From positions 881 to 64,880 of the forward strand of contig JBDTRB010000006.1 of NCBI GenBank assembly GCA_039931865.1: a stretch of 64,000 nucleotides of DNA, given 5' to 3'. The stretch is from Acidobacteriota bacterium (GTDB lineage Bacteria > Acidobacteriota > Thermoanaerobaculia > UBA5066 > Gp7-AA6). Positions within the stretch are counted from its first letter, which is position 1, and each line of letters begins with the position of its first letter. Shown piece by piece: positions 7,073 through 16,162 of the stretch. The translations under genes and the position numbers were made by a program. Below the pieces are notes generated by a model, which did no database searches, was not told the DNA's origin, and worked only from the letters and a program-made list of their open reading frames with translations.

Positions 7073-10000
7073 CTAAGCGACGCGGATCTGCCGGCGGACG
7101 AGAGGCGAGATCCGTTCGTCGGGCGTCAGGATGCCGTTTAAGTTCAGCGGGTCGGCCGCGGAGACGAGAACCGGCCGCGCGTCTGACGGCTCGCCTCTGC
7201 GCCGCAGCTCTCTTAGAAGCGTGACCGCTTCGGGGAGCGCGTACTGCTCGCCGTCGAAACCGGCGACGAATCGGCCCCCGCGCACCTCGCCGCGCGCTTC
7301 GAGCGTCCGAAGCGCGCGAGCGATGTCCCGCCAGGGGATCGGCTGTTTCTCGCGCGCGAGCGTCCTTCGGAATACGACACCGGTCCGCGCGAGCATCCGG
7401 CGAGCGATGAACTCCGACTGCGCGAGGGTGAAGCGTTCTTCGCCCGCCGGGCGGCCGGACACAAGCACAAGCGCAAGCGCGCTCCAGCGCCCGGCGGACA
7501 AGCCCACGGCCTTGCGGCGCCACGCCGGGACGATCAGCCAGCGCAGTCCGGAAAACGAATCGCAGGTCACCCGGCCGGCCGCGATCAGGCGTCCGAGCCC
7601 CTCCTCGGCGAGCGAAGGGGAGAGGCCGGCTTCCTTCGCGAGCTCCGGAAAGAACATCGCTCCCCGGCGCTCCAGAGATTCCCCGATCGCGGCCGCTTCC
7701 GCTGAAACTTCCGCGGGCTCGCTGGCGGCCCGCGTGAGCGCGGTCCAGGCATCTACGTCCGCGCGTAGAAAGAGGCACACCGGAGTCCGGCGGATCGGCC
7801 CCGCTCCGAATCCCCAGAGCCGGCCCCAGACCACCTCGCCGGAGAGAGTCAGCTGGTCCAGCCATTCGCGCTTGTACGCTCGGACCCTGGCCGGCAGGAG
7901 GTTCGCTTCCCAGGCGGCCGCGGGCGCTTCGTACCCCGCGAGCTGCGTGATCACCTGCGCCACCCCGCGCGGGCCCTCGAGCACGTGGGCCGGGTCGGCG
8001 TGCTGCCAGCACGCGAGGAACCGGCGGAACTGCGCCGCCGAGACGGGCTCTATCTCGCGCCGGAGCCGGTCCACGGTCGCGCGGTGGATACGGGCGAGCA
8101 GACGGCGATCGCACCAGGCCGCGCGGCCATCGATGCGGGTCCGCAGTACCGACCCTTCGACTTCGAGCTCCCGCAGGAGCGGCTCCTCTTCCGGCGCCGC
8201 GAAGATCGGCCCGAGCGCCTCCATACGGCCGCGCAGCACGGCCTTCGCATCGCGGTCTGCCTCCACCGCCATGTAACGCCCGCCTTCGTGCGTGACGCGG
8301 CGCGCCCGGGCGAGCTCGTCCATCCAGGCCTGCCACGGCTCGGCTTCCGCGTCCGTGACGAATCCCATCCAGAGAAGGGCTTCGTGCACTTCCTCGGCGT
8401 TCTCGGGGGACGGCCACGCCTCCTCGCGAACGCGGGCGATCGCTTCCGGATCGAGCATTCCGATCTCGTCGGACGTGCGCGGGTCGAGCACGCGGCGCGA
8501 AAGAACCGCCTGCGTCCGCCGCTCCTCGAGGGGCGCGTCGTCTAAGAAACTATAAGGCTGCGACGAGAGAACGCCGCGCGCGAATGCGGACGGCTCGACG
8601 GTGTCGACGGCGAGCTTCTTGATCGATCCGTCCTTCAGGCCTCGAAGCACCTCGAGAAAGCCTTCGACGTCCATCGCCTCGTTCAGGCAGTCCTCGACCG
8701 TCTGCCGCACGATCGGGTGGTCCATCGGCACCGGGATCGGTCCGCCGGAAAGCGTCTCCGGGCAGGCGAGGACCTGCGGAAAAGCGCCCGCCAGAAGATC
8801 GTTCGCGCGCATCCGGAGCAGATTCGGCGGGACGCGTTTGCCGCCGCGGGAGCGCTCCAGGAGCAGGGAGCGCTGCGCGTTCCACCTCCAGCGCGTCTCG
8901 AACATCGGGGCCGGGAGTAGCGCCTGGATGAGCACTTCGCGGGCCGTCGCAGGACTGAGGTACTCGAAGACCTCTTCGAGCGGGAAGCTGTGCATGGGCC
9001 CGAGCGAAAGCACGATCGCCTCTTCGTTCGCGGCCGCCTGCAGCTCGAACCCGAACCCGACGCAGAATTTCTTGCGCAGGGCCAGGCCCCACGCGCGATT
9101 GATGCGCGACCCGAAGGGAGCGTGCACGACGAGCTGCATCCCGCCGCTCTCGTCGAAGAAGCGCTCCAGGATCACCCGCTTCTGGGTCGGGACGGCGCCG
9201 AGGGAGACCCGCCCGGCTTCGATGTACTCCAGAAGCTGGAGGGCCGCGCCGTCCGGAAGAGCTTCCCCGCAGGCGTCCCGGAGCCCGCCGCAGGCGCCCT
9301 GGAGCCCGCCACCGGCGCATTCGCTTCGTCCGCCCGCGCCTTCACACATTTCACGGAGCTCACCGATGGCCTGGGCGAGCTCGCGCGTGCGGCCCGGCCC
9401 CTCCCCAAGCCAGAACGGAAGGCTCGGCGACTGTCCCTTCGCGTCCGCCACGCGGACGACGCCGGTCTCGACACGAAGGATCCGCCATGACGCGTTGCCG
9501 AGCTGAAAGATGTCCCCCCTGTTCGACTCGATCGCCCAGTCCTCGTTCACGGTCCCGACGAGCGTGCCTTCCGGCTCCAGACGCACCTGGTAGTCGGCGG
9601 TGTCCGGAATCGCTCCGCCGCAGAGCAGGGCGGTCATGCGCGCCCGCCGCGTCGCCAGCAGACGGCCGCCGACGCCGTCGCGGTGAAGCAGGGCACGCCG
9701 GCCGCCCGTATGGAGCGAAGCGACGCCGTCGAACTCCTCGCGCGTCAAGTCGCGGTACGGCCAGGCCCGGCGGACCAGGTCGTAAAGGGCGTTCTCTCCC
9801 CACGGCTCCGCCACGCAGGCGGCCACGATCTGCTGAGCGAGGATGTCTAAGGGGCGGGCCGGCTCGGGCGTGCGGTCGAGCACCGACGAACGGATGCACC
9901 GAAGGAGCGCGGCGGCTTCCGCGAGCTCGTCGAGCGTCAGAGGGAAAATCCGGCCCTTCGGGACTTTCCGGAGCGCATGCCCGGCCCGCCCCACGCGCTG

Positions 10001-11083
10001 GAGAAGCGTCGCGATGGAGCGGGTCGCGCCGACCTGGATCGCAAGATCCACGTCGCCGATGTCGATCCCGAGCTCGAGCGACGCGGTGGCGACGAGCGCC
10101 CGCAGGCGGCCCGCCTTCAATCTCTCCTCCGCGTCGAGCCTCCGCTCGCGGGAAAGACTCCCGTGGTGGCTGGTCACGGCGTCCTCGCCGAGCAGGCGCG
10201 TGAGCTGTCCGGCGATGCGTTCCGCCATCTTCCGCGTGTTGACGAATACCAGGGTGGTGCGGTGCTCGCGAACGAGCGCGGCGATCCGCCCGTAGATCTC
10301 CTCCCACTGTTCGTGTGAACAGACGGTCGAAAGGGGCGAGGGCGGGATTTCAATCGCGAGGTCGAGGGCACGGAATGTCCCCGCGTCCACCAGGGTGCAG
10401 GCGCGGCCCGTCCCCGTGAGAAAGCGGCCGACGCGCTCGAGAGGCTTTTGCGTGGCGGAGAGGCCGATCCGCTGGACCGGACCGGTCGCCACGGCCTCGA
10501 GCCGCTCGAGCGAGAGGGCAAGGTGGCTGCCCCTCTTGTCCCGCACGAGCGCATGAATCTCATCGACGATCACCGTCCGCACGGGCGCCAGGAGGCGGCG
10601 GCCGCTCTCGCTCGTCAGAAGGAGATAGAGCGATTCGGGAGTGGTGACGAGGATGTGCGGCGGGCGGCGGACCATCGCGGCGCGCTCCGAAGCCGGTGTA
10701 TCTCCCGTCCGCACGAGGACGCGAATCTCGGGCACGGACGGGTCCGCCGCGCGGATCTCCGCAAGCGGGCCTTCGAGATTCTTGCGAACGTCGTTCGAGA
10801 GCGCCCGCAGTGGCGAGACGTAGAGGACGGACGTCTCGTCCGCCAGACTTTGCCCCTGCCCCTGCCGGACGAGCGAGTCGATCGCCGAGAGGAACGCGGC
10901 GAGCGTCTTGCCCGACCCGGTCGGTGCCGCGATCAATGTGTGCGCGCCCGACCGGATCGCCGGCCAGCCGTCGCGTTGTGGCGGAGTGGGCTCGCCCAGT
11001 CGAGCGGAGAACCACGACTCGACCGCGGGGTGAAAGGGCACCGGGAGTGTCAACGCCGCGAGCTTAACGCAGACCTTCGTCAT
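7073..11083 (-). CDS. lhr: ATP-dependent helicase Lhr (large helicase-related, DEAH type)
   Basis: AAPTGSGKTLAAF Walker A, DEIHALVRDKRGSHLALSLERL, and a long C-terminal extension typical of Lhr. Start chosen at MTKVCV... (11083); the track ORF extends to a GTG at 11167. Confidence 0.9.
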   Translation of the reverse strand: MTKVCVKLAALTLPVPFHPAVESWFSARLGEPTPPQRDGWPAIRSGAHTLIAAPTGSGKTLAAFLSAIDSLVRQGQGQSLADETSVLYVSPLRALSNDVRKNLEGPLAEIRAADPSVPEIRVLVRTGDTPASERAAMVRRPPHILVTTPESLYLLLTSESGRRLLAPVRTVIVDEIHALVRDKRGSHLALSLERLEAVATGPVQRIGLSATQKPLERVGRFLTGTGRACTLVDAGTFRALDLAIEIPPSPLSTVCSHEQWEEIYGRIAALVREHRTTLVFVNTRKMAERIAGQLTRLLGEDAVTSHHGSLSRERRLDAEERLKAGRLRALVATASLELGIDIGDVDLAIQVGATRSIATLLQRVGRAGHALRKVPKGRIFPLTLDELAEAAALLRCIRSSVLDRTPEPARPLDILAQQIVAACVAEPWGENALYDLVRRAWPYRDLTREEFDGVASLHTGGRRALLHRDGVGGRLLATRRARMTALLCGGAIPDTADYQVRLEPEGTLVGTVNEDWAIESNRGDIFQLGNASWRILRVETGVVRVADAKGQSPSLPFWLGEGPGRTRELAQAIGELREMCEGAGGRSECAGGGLQGACGGLRDACGEALPDGAALQLLEYIEAGRVSLGAVPTQKRVILERFFDESGGMQLVVHAPFGSRINRAWGLALRKKFCVGFGFELQAAANEEAIVLSLGPMHSFPLEEVFEYLSPATAREVLIQALLPAPMFETRWRWNAQRSLLLERSRGGKRVPPNLLRMRANDLLAGAFPQVLACPETLSGGPIPVPMDHPIVRQTVEDCLNEAMDVEGFLEVLRGLKDGSIKKLAVDTVEPSAFARGVLSSQPYSFLDDAPLEERRTQAVLSRRVLDPRTSDEIGMLDPEAIARVREEAWPSPENAEEVHEALLWMGFVTDAEAEPWQAWMDELARARRVTHEGGRYMAVEADRDAKAVLRGRMEALGPIFAAPEEEPLLRELEVEGSVLRTRIDGRAAWCDRRLLARIHRATVDRLRREIEPVSAAQFRRFLACWQHADPAHVLEGPRGVAQVITQLAGYEAPAAAWEANLLPARVRAYKREWLDQLTLSGEVVWGRLWGFGAGPIRRTPVCLFLRADVDAWTALTRAASEPAEVSAEAAAIGESLERRGAMFFPELAKEAGLSPSLAEEGLGRLIAAGRVTCDSFSGLRWLIVPAWRRKAVGLSAGRWSALALVLVSGRPAGEERFTLAQSEFIARRMLARTGVVFRRTLAREKQPIPWRDIARALRTLEARGEVRGGRFVAGFDGEQYALPEAVTLLRELRRRGEPSDARPVLVSAADPLNLNGILTPDERISPLVRRQIRVA

Positions 11084-11208
11084 TCGAAATTCCCGTTCTT
11101 CGCTTGACTCCGGGGAGACCTGCGGCAAGAATCCCGCCGCAGGATTCCTCCACAATTCACGACACACGCCGATCTTCGCGAGACCGGCCGAGCAGGATCG
11201 AAGACGAG

Positions 11209-11757
11209 ATGCCCGACGAAAAGCCTCAAAGCTGGTGGCAGACCGCTCCGGGCCTCTTGACGGCGGTGGGCGGAACCATCACCGCCTTAGCCGGGCTCGT
11301 CGCCACCCTTCACAACGCGGGGTGCTTCCTTCGCGGAGGCACGGACCCGGTGAAACCCGTCGCTCCGATCGCGGCCGCGGTCGTCAGCCCCGCCGCGGCG
11401 ATGAACGTCCCCAATGCCCCCGCGTCGGCGATCGCGCCCGCGCCGGAGGAGGGCGCTTCGCCGAGCATTTTTCTCCGCTACACGGGCGACCCGTACGGCT
11501 GTGTCCTGTCGCTGCAGGTGCGACTCGGCAAGAAGATGACGCTCCCCACGTCGAATCTGTTCGAGGTTCATGGCGTGAAGCCGGGCGTCACGAGCTATGT
11601 GGTCGGTGGATCGATCGGCTGTACCAATCTGGGGACGTGCATTGCGTCGGGGCAGGGGCGGATCACGATCCGGGACGGGGCGATCTACGACGTCATCTGG
11701 CGGCCGCTCGGCGGAACCCGTTGCGGCGTCGAGATTCGCGAAGCCCCGACGCCCTGA
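11209..11757 (+). CDS. hypothetical membrane-anchored protein with Cys-containing C-terminal domain
   Basis: MPDEKPQSWWQTAPGLLTAVGGTITALAGLVATL transmembrane segment, an Ala/Pro-rich linker, then a domain of about 100 aa containing 5 Cys. No recognised family. Confidence 0.5.
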   Translation: MPDEKPQSWWQTAPGLLTAVGGTITALAGLVATLHNAGCFLRGGTDPVKPVAPIAAAVVSPAAAMNVPNAPASAIAPAPEEGASPSIFLRYTGDPYGCVLSLQVRLGKKMTLPTSNLFEVHGVKPGVTSYVVGGSIGCTNLGTCIASGQGRITIRDGAIYDVIWRPLGGTRCGVEIREAPTP

Positions 11758-11781
11758 CGCGCCCGCCGCGGTCAGCCAGGT

Positions 11782-11810
11782 AAAAAAAGGCCGGCGATTG
11801 CCCGCCGGCC
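11782..11810 (-). terminator. rho-independent terminator of the 11832..12122 gene
   Basis: On the minus strand, GGCCGGCG-GGCAAT-CGCCGGCC followed by TTTTTTT. Confidence 0.6.
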
Positions 11811-11831
11811 CTGATCCCCTCCGAAGAAGAC

Positions 11832-12122
11832 TTACTTCGAGGACGGGGTGGTCGACGCGGCCGCGCCGGTGGTCGTCGTCTTCTTGTGCTTTTTCGTGGT
11901 GGTGTGCTTCCTCTTCGACGTGGTCTTTTTCCCGGACATGCTCGACTGAGTCGCGGTGGTCGTCGTGGTGCCGGTCGTGGTGCTCGGGGAAGACTGGCTG
12001 CCGGTCGCGCTCGTGCTCGTCGTGGTCGACTGGCTGCCCGTCGAAGAAGTCTGAGCGAAGACTCCCACCGGGAACGCCAGCGCCGCGGCGATGGCAACGG
12101 AAGACAGGACGGACTTCTTCAT
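11832..12122 (-). CDS. secreted Ser/Thr-rich, Lys-tailed small protein (paralog A)
   Basis: 96 aa. Signal peptide MKKSVLSSVAIAAALAFPVGVFAQT, an S/T/G-rich core, and a basic tail KKTTSKRKHTTTKKHKKTTTT. Has its own terminator. Confidence 0.6.
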   Translation of the reverse strand: MKKSVLSSVAIAAALAFPVGVFAQTSSTGSQSTTTSTSATGSQSSPSTTTGTTTTTATQSSMSGKKTTSKRKHTTTKKHKKTTTTGAAASTTPSSK

Positions 12123-12251
12123 CTGACTCCTCCTTCAAACCCCGTGGCAACACGCTACGGGGATGCGGGGAACTCTAAGGGCGCGGCCATGAACGGAGTG
12201 TGAACGCGAACGTCCGGATGTTTTTTCACCGGGAGTTACTTGCCCGGCCAT

Positions 12252-12280
12252 AAAAAAAGGCGTGCCGTCGCCGGCACGCC
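12252..12280 (-). terminator. rho-independent terminator of the 12303..12593 gene
   Basis: On the minus strand, GGCGTGCCG-GCGA-CGGCACGCC followed by TTTTTTT. Confidence 0.6.
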
Positions 12281-12302
12281 TGGATCCGCAGGAGCGGGAG
12301 TC

Positions 12303-12593
12303 TTACTTGACGGGAGCCTTCGTGACTTCGACCGTCGTGGAGGTCTTCATCTTGGAGCCCTTCTTGTTGGACTTCCTGGTGGTCTTCTTCTTGGTCTTCA
12401 TTTTCGAGCCGTCCGCCGCCATCTTGGAGTCGCTGGAGCTCATCGAGCTCGAGGACGTTCCGGTGGTGGAGGTCGTCGCCGTCGGGGCCGCCATCGGCTT
12501 GTCGGCCGGCTTCGTGGCCGCCGTCTGGGCGAAGAGACCGGTCGGGAGCGCCACCGCGACGCCGAGGGCGAGGATGCGAGAGATCTTGTTCAT
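12303..12593 (-). CDS. secreted Ser/Thr-rich, Lys-tailed small protein (paralog B)
   Basis: 96 aa. Signal peptide MNKISRILALGVAVALPTGLFAQT, an S/T-rich core with the SSMSS motif, and a basic tail KMKTKKKTTRKSNKKGSKMKT. Has its own terminator. Confidence 0.6.
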   Translation of the reverse strand: MNKISRILALGVAVALPTGLFAQTAATKPADKPMAAPTATTSTTGTSSSSMSSSDSKMAADGSKMKTKKKTTRKSNKKGSKMKTSTTVEVTKAPVK

Positions 12594-12735
12594 TTCGATT
12601 CTCCTTTCGAGCGCGGCGCAAAAGGCGCCGGCCGTTCAGCAAGGAGGAGTCTAGGGAGGCGCGGGTGAACCCACCATGAACCCTCGCGCGTCGAAAAAAA
12701 ACCGATCTGTTCAGAATTCGGGCGGATTTCGCCGT

Positions 12736-14070
12736 TCAGGGCCCGCCCGCCACGAGAGTCCTCGAGAGACCCGCGACGCCTCCGGCGAGGACGACCCAAG
12801 CCGCCTCCATATCGAAGGCCATGAGCACGGCGAGCGCCGCCGCCGCGACGAGGGAGGAAAACGGGTCGGGGCCGCCCGAGAGCCCCCGGGGGAAGAGGAC
12901 GCCGGCGGCAAACACCACCGCCAGATTCAGGATCACCCCGACCACGGCAGCGGTGATCCCTGAGAGCGCGGCGTTCAAACGTCCTCTTTCGCTCACGCGT
13001 TCGATGAAGGGCGCTCCGAGGAGGATGAAGAAGAAGCAGGGCAGGAAGGTCGCCCACGTCGTGAGCCCCGCCGCCAGAGCCGCCGAAACTCCGCGAGACA
13101 GCCCGTCTGAGAACTGCCACCCGGCGAGATAGCCGACGAACTGAAGGACCATGATGAGCGGCCCCGGCGTCGTCTCCGCCAGCGCGAGCCCATCCACCGC
13201 CTGGGCGCGCGAAATCCAGTGGAACTGGCCGACTGCCGCCTGCACGACGTAGGTCAGCACGGCGTACGCGCCGCCGAAGGTCACGAACGCCGCCTGGGAA
13301 AAGAATCGGTACGCGCGGGCGTGCGTCCCGTTCCAGCCGAGCACGGACGAGACCGCTGCGAGGGGAGCCGCCCACAGGCCGCAGAACACGAGCGCGAGGC
13401 GGATGTTGCGGCCGGTGCCCGGAAGTCTCGCCTTCGCCGCGGCGTCCTGATCCGTGCGGACCTCGCTGCCGGCGCCGGCCGCCGGCTTTCCGAGCGCACC
13501 GGCGGCGGCGGCGGCCGCGATCACGAGCGGGAACGGCGCGTGGAAAAACGAGAGGGCGAGGAACGCGGCTGTCGCGATGGCCGCGTCGAGCGGGCGTTTC
13601 AGCGCACGGCGTCCGATGCGCCAGACCGCGAACGCGACAACCGCGACGACGACGGGCTTCAATCCCGAGAGGACGCCCGCGACCGCGGGAAGACTTCCGT
13701 GCGCCGCATAGGCCCAGGAGAGCCCCAGCAACAGGAGGACGGAGGGAAGAACAAACGGCACTCCCGCGGCGACGCCTCCGGCCGTTCCGTGAAGAAGCCA
13801 CCCGACGTAGATCGCGAGCTCGGTGGCTTCCGGCCCCGGCAGCAGCATGCAGAAATTGAGCGCGCGCAGAAAGTGTTCCTCCGAGATCCACCGGCGCTTC
13901 ACGACGAGGTCCCGGTGCAGCATCGCGATCTGGCCGGCGGGTCCGCCGAAGTTCACGCACCCGAGCCGCGCCCAGTAACGAAAAGCGGCGGAAAATGAGA
14001 CCGGGTCGGCGGGTCCGGTCGCGGTCCCCGGCTGGAAAGAGAGAGGCGGCTCGCAGTCGCAGGGAGGCAT
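12736..14070 (-). CDS. chrA: chromate ion transporter (CHR family)
   Basis: FGGPAGQIAMLHRDLVVKRRWISEEHFLRALNFCMLLPGPEATELA in the first half and FGGAYAVLTYV...LALAETTPGPLIMV in the second half, a duplicated CHR domain. Start taken at MPPCDC (14070). Confidence 0.85.
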   Translation of the reverse strand: MPPCDCEPPLSFQPGTATGPADPVSFSAAFRYWARLGCVNFGGPAGQIAMLHRDLVVKRRWISEEHFLRALNFCMLLPGPEATELAIYVGWLLHGTAGGVAAGVPFVLPSVLLLLGLSWAYAAHGSLPAVAGVLSGLKPVVVAVVAFAVWRIGRRALKRPLDAAIATAAFLALSFFHAPFPLVIAAAAAAGALGKPAAGAGSEVRTDQDAAAKARLPGTGRNIRLALVFCGLWAAPLAAVSSVLGWNGTHARAYRFFSQAAFVTFGGAYAVLTYVVQAAVGQFHWISRAQAVDGLALAETTPGPLIMVLQFVGYLAGWQFSDGLSRGVSAALAAGLTTWATFLPCFFFILLGAPFIERVSERGRLNAALSGITAAVVGVILNLAVVFAAGVLFPRGLSGGPDPFSSLVAAAALAVLMAFDMEAAWVVLAGGVAGLSRTLVAGGP

Positions 14071-14110
14071 TCGAGCGCATGATAGAGCCCGGATACGAAC
14101 CGGAGGCGCG

Positions 14111-16162
14111 ATGCGCGTGCGGGAAATACATTCGTCCTGGCGCGAAGTGAGGCAGATCTGCTCCCCGGGGGCAATTGCCAGCCTGTACCGCGGCCGTCTC
14201 GCTCGCGTTGGTCGCTCGGCTCTCGCGGGGAAAGCCGTATGGCGGGCCGCCTGCCTGCTGCTAGTCTGCGCGGCCATGGCGTGCGCGGGATCAGGCTCAG
14301 ACTCGCGCGGAAATGGCGGGAAGACCGGTGCCCTCCGGCAGGGCGGCGAACCGGCGCTCGCTGCCGCGGTCAGCGGACGACCGGATCCTCATTCCTACGC
14401 GAATCCGGACCGGGTGCGCGTGCGCCACATCGCACTGAATCTCGAGGTCCGCTTCGAGACCCGCACGCTCGCCGGCAGCGCGCTGCTGTCGCTCGAACGG
14501 CGGAGCGCGGGAGGCAACGCCGGCGAGCTTCTCCTCGACACGCGGGACCTCACGATCCTTTCGACGGAGACGTCCGGCGGCTCGGGGCCCTTTGTCTCCG
14601 CGGTCTTTTCGATGGGCGCCCGCGATCCCATCCTGGGAGCGCCTCTCCGCGTGGCGCTGCCTGACGGCGCGATCCGCGTGCGCATCCGATACGAGACCTC
14701 GCCCCGCGCGTCCGCCCTGCAGTGGCTCGCAGCGGAGCAGACCGCCGGGCGGGCGCACCCGTATCTCTTCACGCAATCGGAGGCGATTCACGCGCGCAGC
14801 TGGATTCCGCTGCAGGACAGCCCGGGTGTGCGGCAGACCTGGTCGGCGGAAGTCCGCGTGCCCGCCGGCATGACCGCGCTGATGAGCGCGGCGCGGGGGG
14901 CTCCGGCTTCCGACGGCAAGTTCCGCTTCGAGATGACTTCGCCGGTCCCTTCCTATCTCATCGCGCTCGCGGTCGGCGACCTGGCGTTTTCGCCGCTCGG
15001 CGAGCGCGCCGGAGTGTGGTCGGAGCCGTCCGTCGTTTCGCGGGCGGCGTGGGAGTTCGCGGACACCGAGAAGATGATCGAGGCCGCCGAGGCGCTGTTC
15101 GGCCCCTATCGGTGGCAACGTTACGAGCTCCTCGTCCTGCCTCCGAGCTTCCCCTACGGCGGAATGGAGAATCCGCGGCTGACCTTCGCGACGCCAACGC
15201 TCCTCGCCGGCGACCGCAGCCTGGTCGATGTCGTCGCGCACGAGCTCGCGCACTCCTGGTCGGGGAACCTCGTGACGAACGCGACGTGGAGCGACTTCTG
15301 GCTGAACGAGGGATTCACGACGTATTGCGAGCGCCGGATCGTCGAGCGAGTCTTCGGGCGCGAGCGCTCGGAGATGGAATGGGTGCTCGGCCGGCAGAGC
15401 CTCGAAAAACTGGGCCGCACCGAGGCGCCGAGAGACCTGGCGCTCGTTGCCGACGTGGCGGGGCGGGACCCCGACGAGGTCCTCTCGGAGGTCGCGTACG
15501 AAAAGGGCGCGCTCCTTCTCCTGACGATCGAGCAGGCGGTGGGACGGGAGCGGTTCGACACGTTTCTTCGCGGCTGGTTCGACGGCCACGCGTTCTCGAG
15601 CGTCACGACCGCCGAGTTCGCGAGATATCTCGACCGGAGCCTGTTCCCATCGGGGCGTCCTCCGGGCTTTGACCTGGACGCCTGGCTGAAGTCGCCCGAA
15701 ATCCCGGCGGGGGCGGCGGAGCCCTCCTCCACGGCGTTTTCGAAGGTGGATGCGGCGCGCGCCGCCTGGCTCGCCGGCTCGCTCTCCGCGGAGGCACTTC
15801 CCGCCGCCCGCTGGAGCACCCTGGAGTGGCTTCGCTTCCTGAGAAATCTTCCCGTCGATCTTCCCGGTGTGAAGGCCGCCGCTCTCGACGCCGCGTTTGC
15901 GCTGTCGGAGTCGAAGAACACGGAGATCGCCTTCCAGTGGCACCTGCTCTCGATCTCGAACGCGTACCCGGGAGACGCGTCGCGCCTCGAAACGTTTCTG
16001 ACTTCGATCGGCAGGAGAAAGTATTTGAAGCCGCTGTACGAGGCGCTCGCGAAGACACCCGCGGGAAAAGAGCGGGCGATCTCGATCTACCGGAAGGCCC
16101 GCGCCGGGTACCACCCGATCGCCGTCGAAACTGTCGATAGAATCCTGTCGTGGAAGCCATAA
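14111..16162 (+). CDS. M1-family zinc aminopeptidase (leukotriene A4 hydrolase-like)
   Basis: HELAHSWSGNLVTNATWSDFWLNEGFTTY, which is HExxH-x18-E, and a GGMENP exopeptidase motif. Hydrophobic N-terminus LLLVCAAMAC. The exact start is uncertain. Confidence 0.85.
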   Translation: MRVREIHSSWREVRQICSPGAIASLYRGRLARVGRSALAGKAVWRAACLLLVCAAMACAGSGSDSRGNGGKTGALRQGGEPALAAAVSGRPDPHSYANPDRVRVRHIALNLEVRFETRTLAGSALLSLERRSAGGNAGELLLDTRDLTILSTETSGGSGPFVSAVFSMGARDPILGAPLRVALPDGAIRVRIRYETSPRASALQWLAAEQTAGRAHPYLFTQSEAIHARSWIPLQDSPGVRQTWSAEVRVPAGMTALMSAARGAPASDGKFRFEMTSPVPSYLIALAVGDLAFSPLGERAGVWSEPSVVSRAAWEFADTEKMIEAAEALFGPYRWQRYELLVLPPSFPYGGMENPRLTFATPTLLAGDRSLVDVVAHELAHSWSGNLVTNATWSDFWLNEGFTTYCERRIVERVFGRERSEMEWVLGRQSLEKLGRTEAPRDLALVADVAGRDPDEVLSEVAYEKGALLLLTIEQAVGRERFDTFLRGWFDGHAFSSVTTAEFARYLDRSLFPSGRPPGFDLDAWLKSPEIPAGAAEPSSTAFSKVDAARAAWLAGSLSAEALPAARWSTLEWLRFLRNLPVDLPGVKAAALDAAFALSESKNTEIAFQWHLLSISNAYPGDASRLETFLTSIGRRKYLKPLYEALAKTPAGKERAISIYRKARAGYHPIAVETVDRILSWKP

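Noticed and set aside
7131-8417. ORFs 7131..8276 (+) and 6984..8417 (-) inside the lhr region
   Set aside because: One is antisense and the other is out of frame relative to the Lhr helicase C-terminal region. Both have spurious composition and no motifs.
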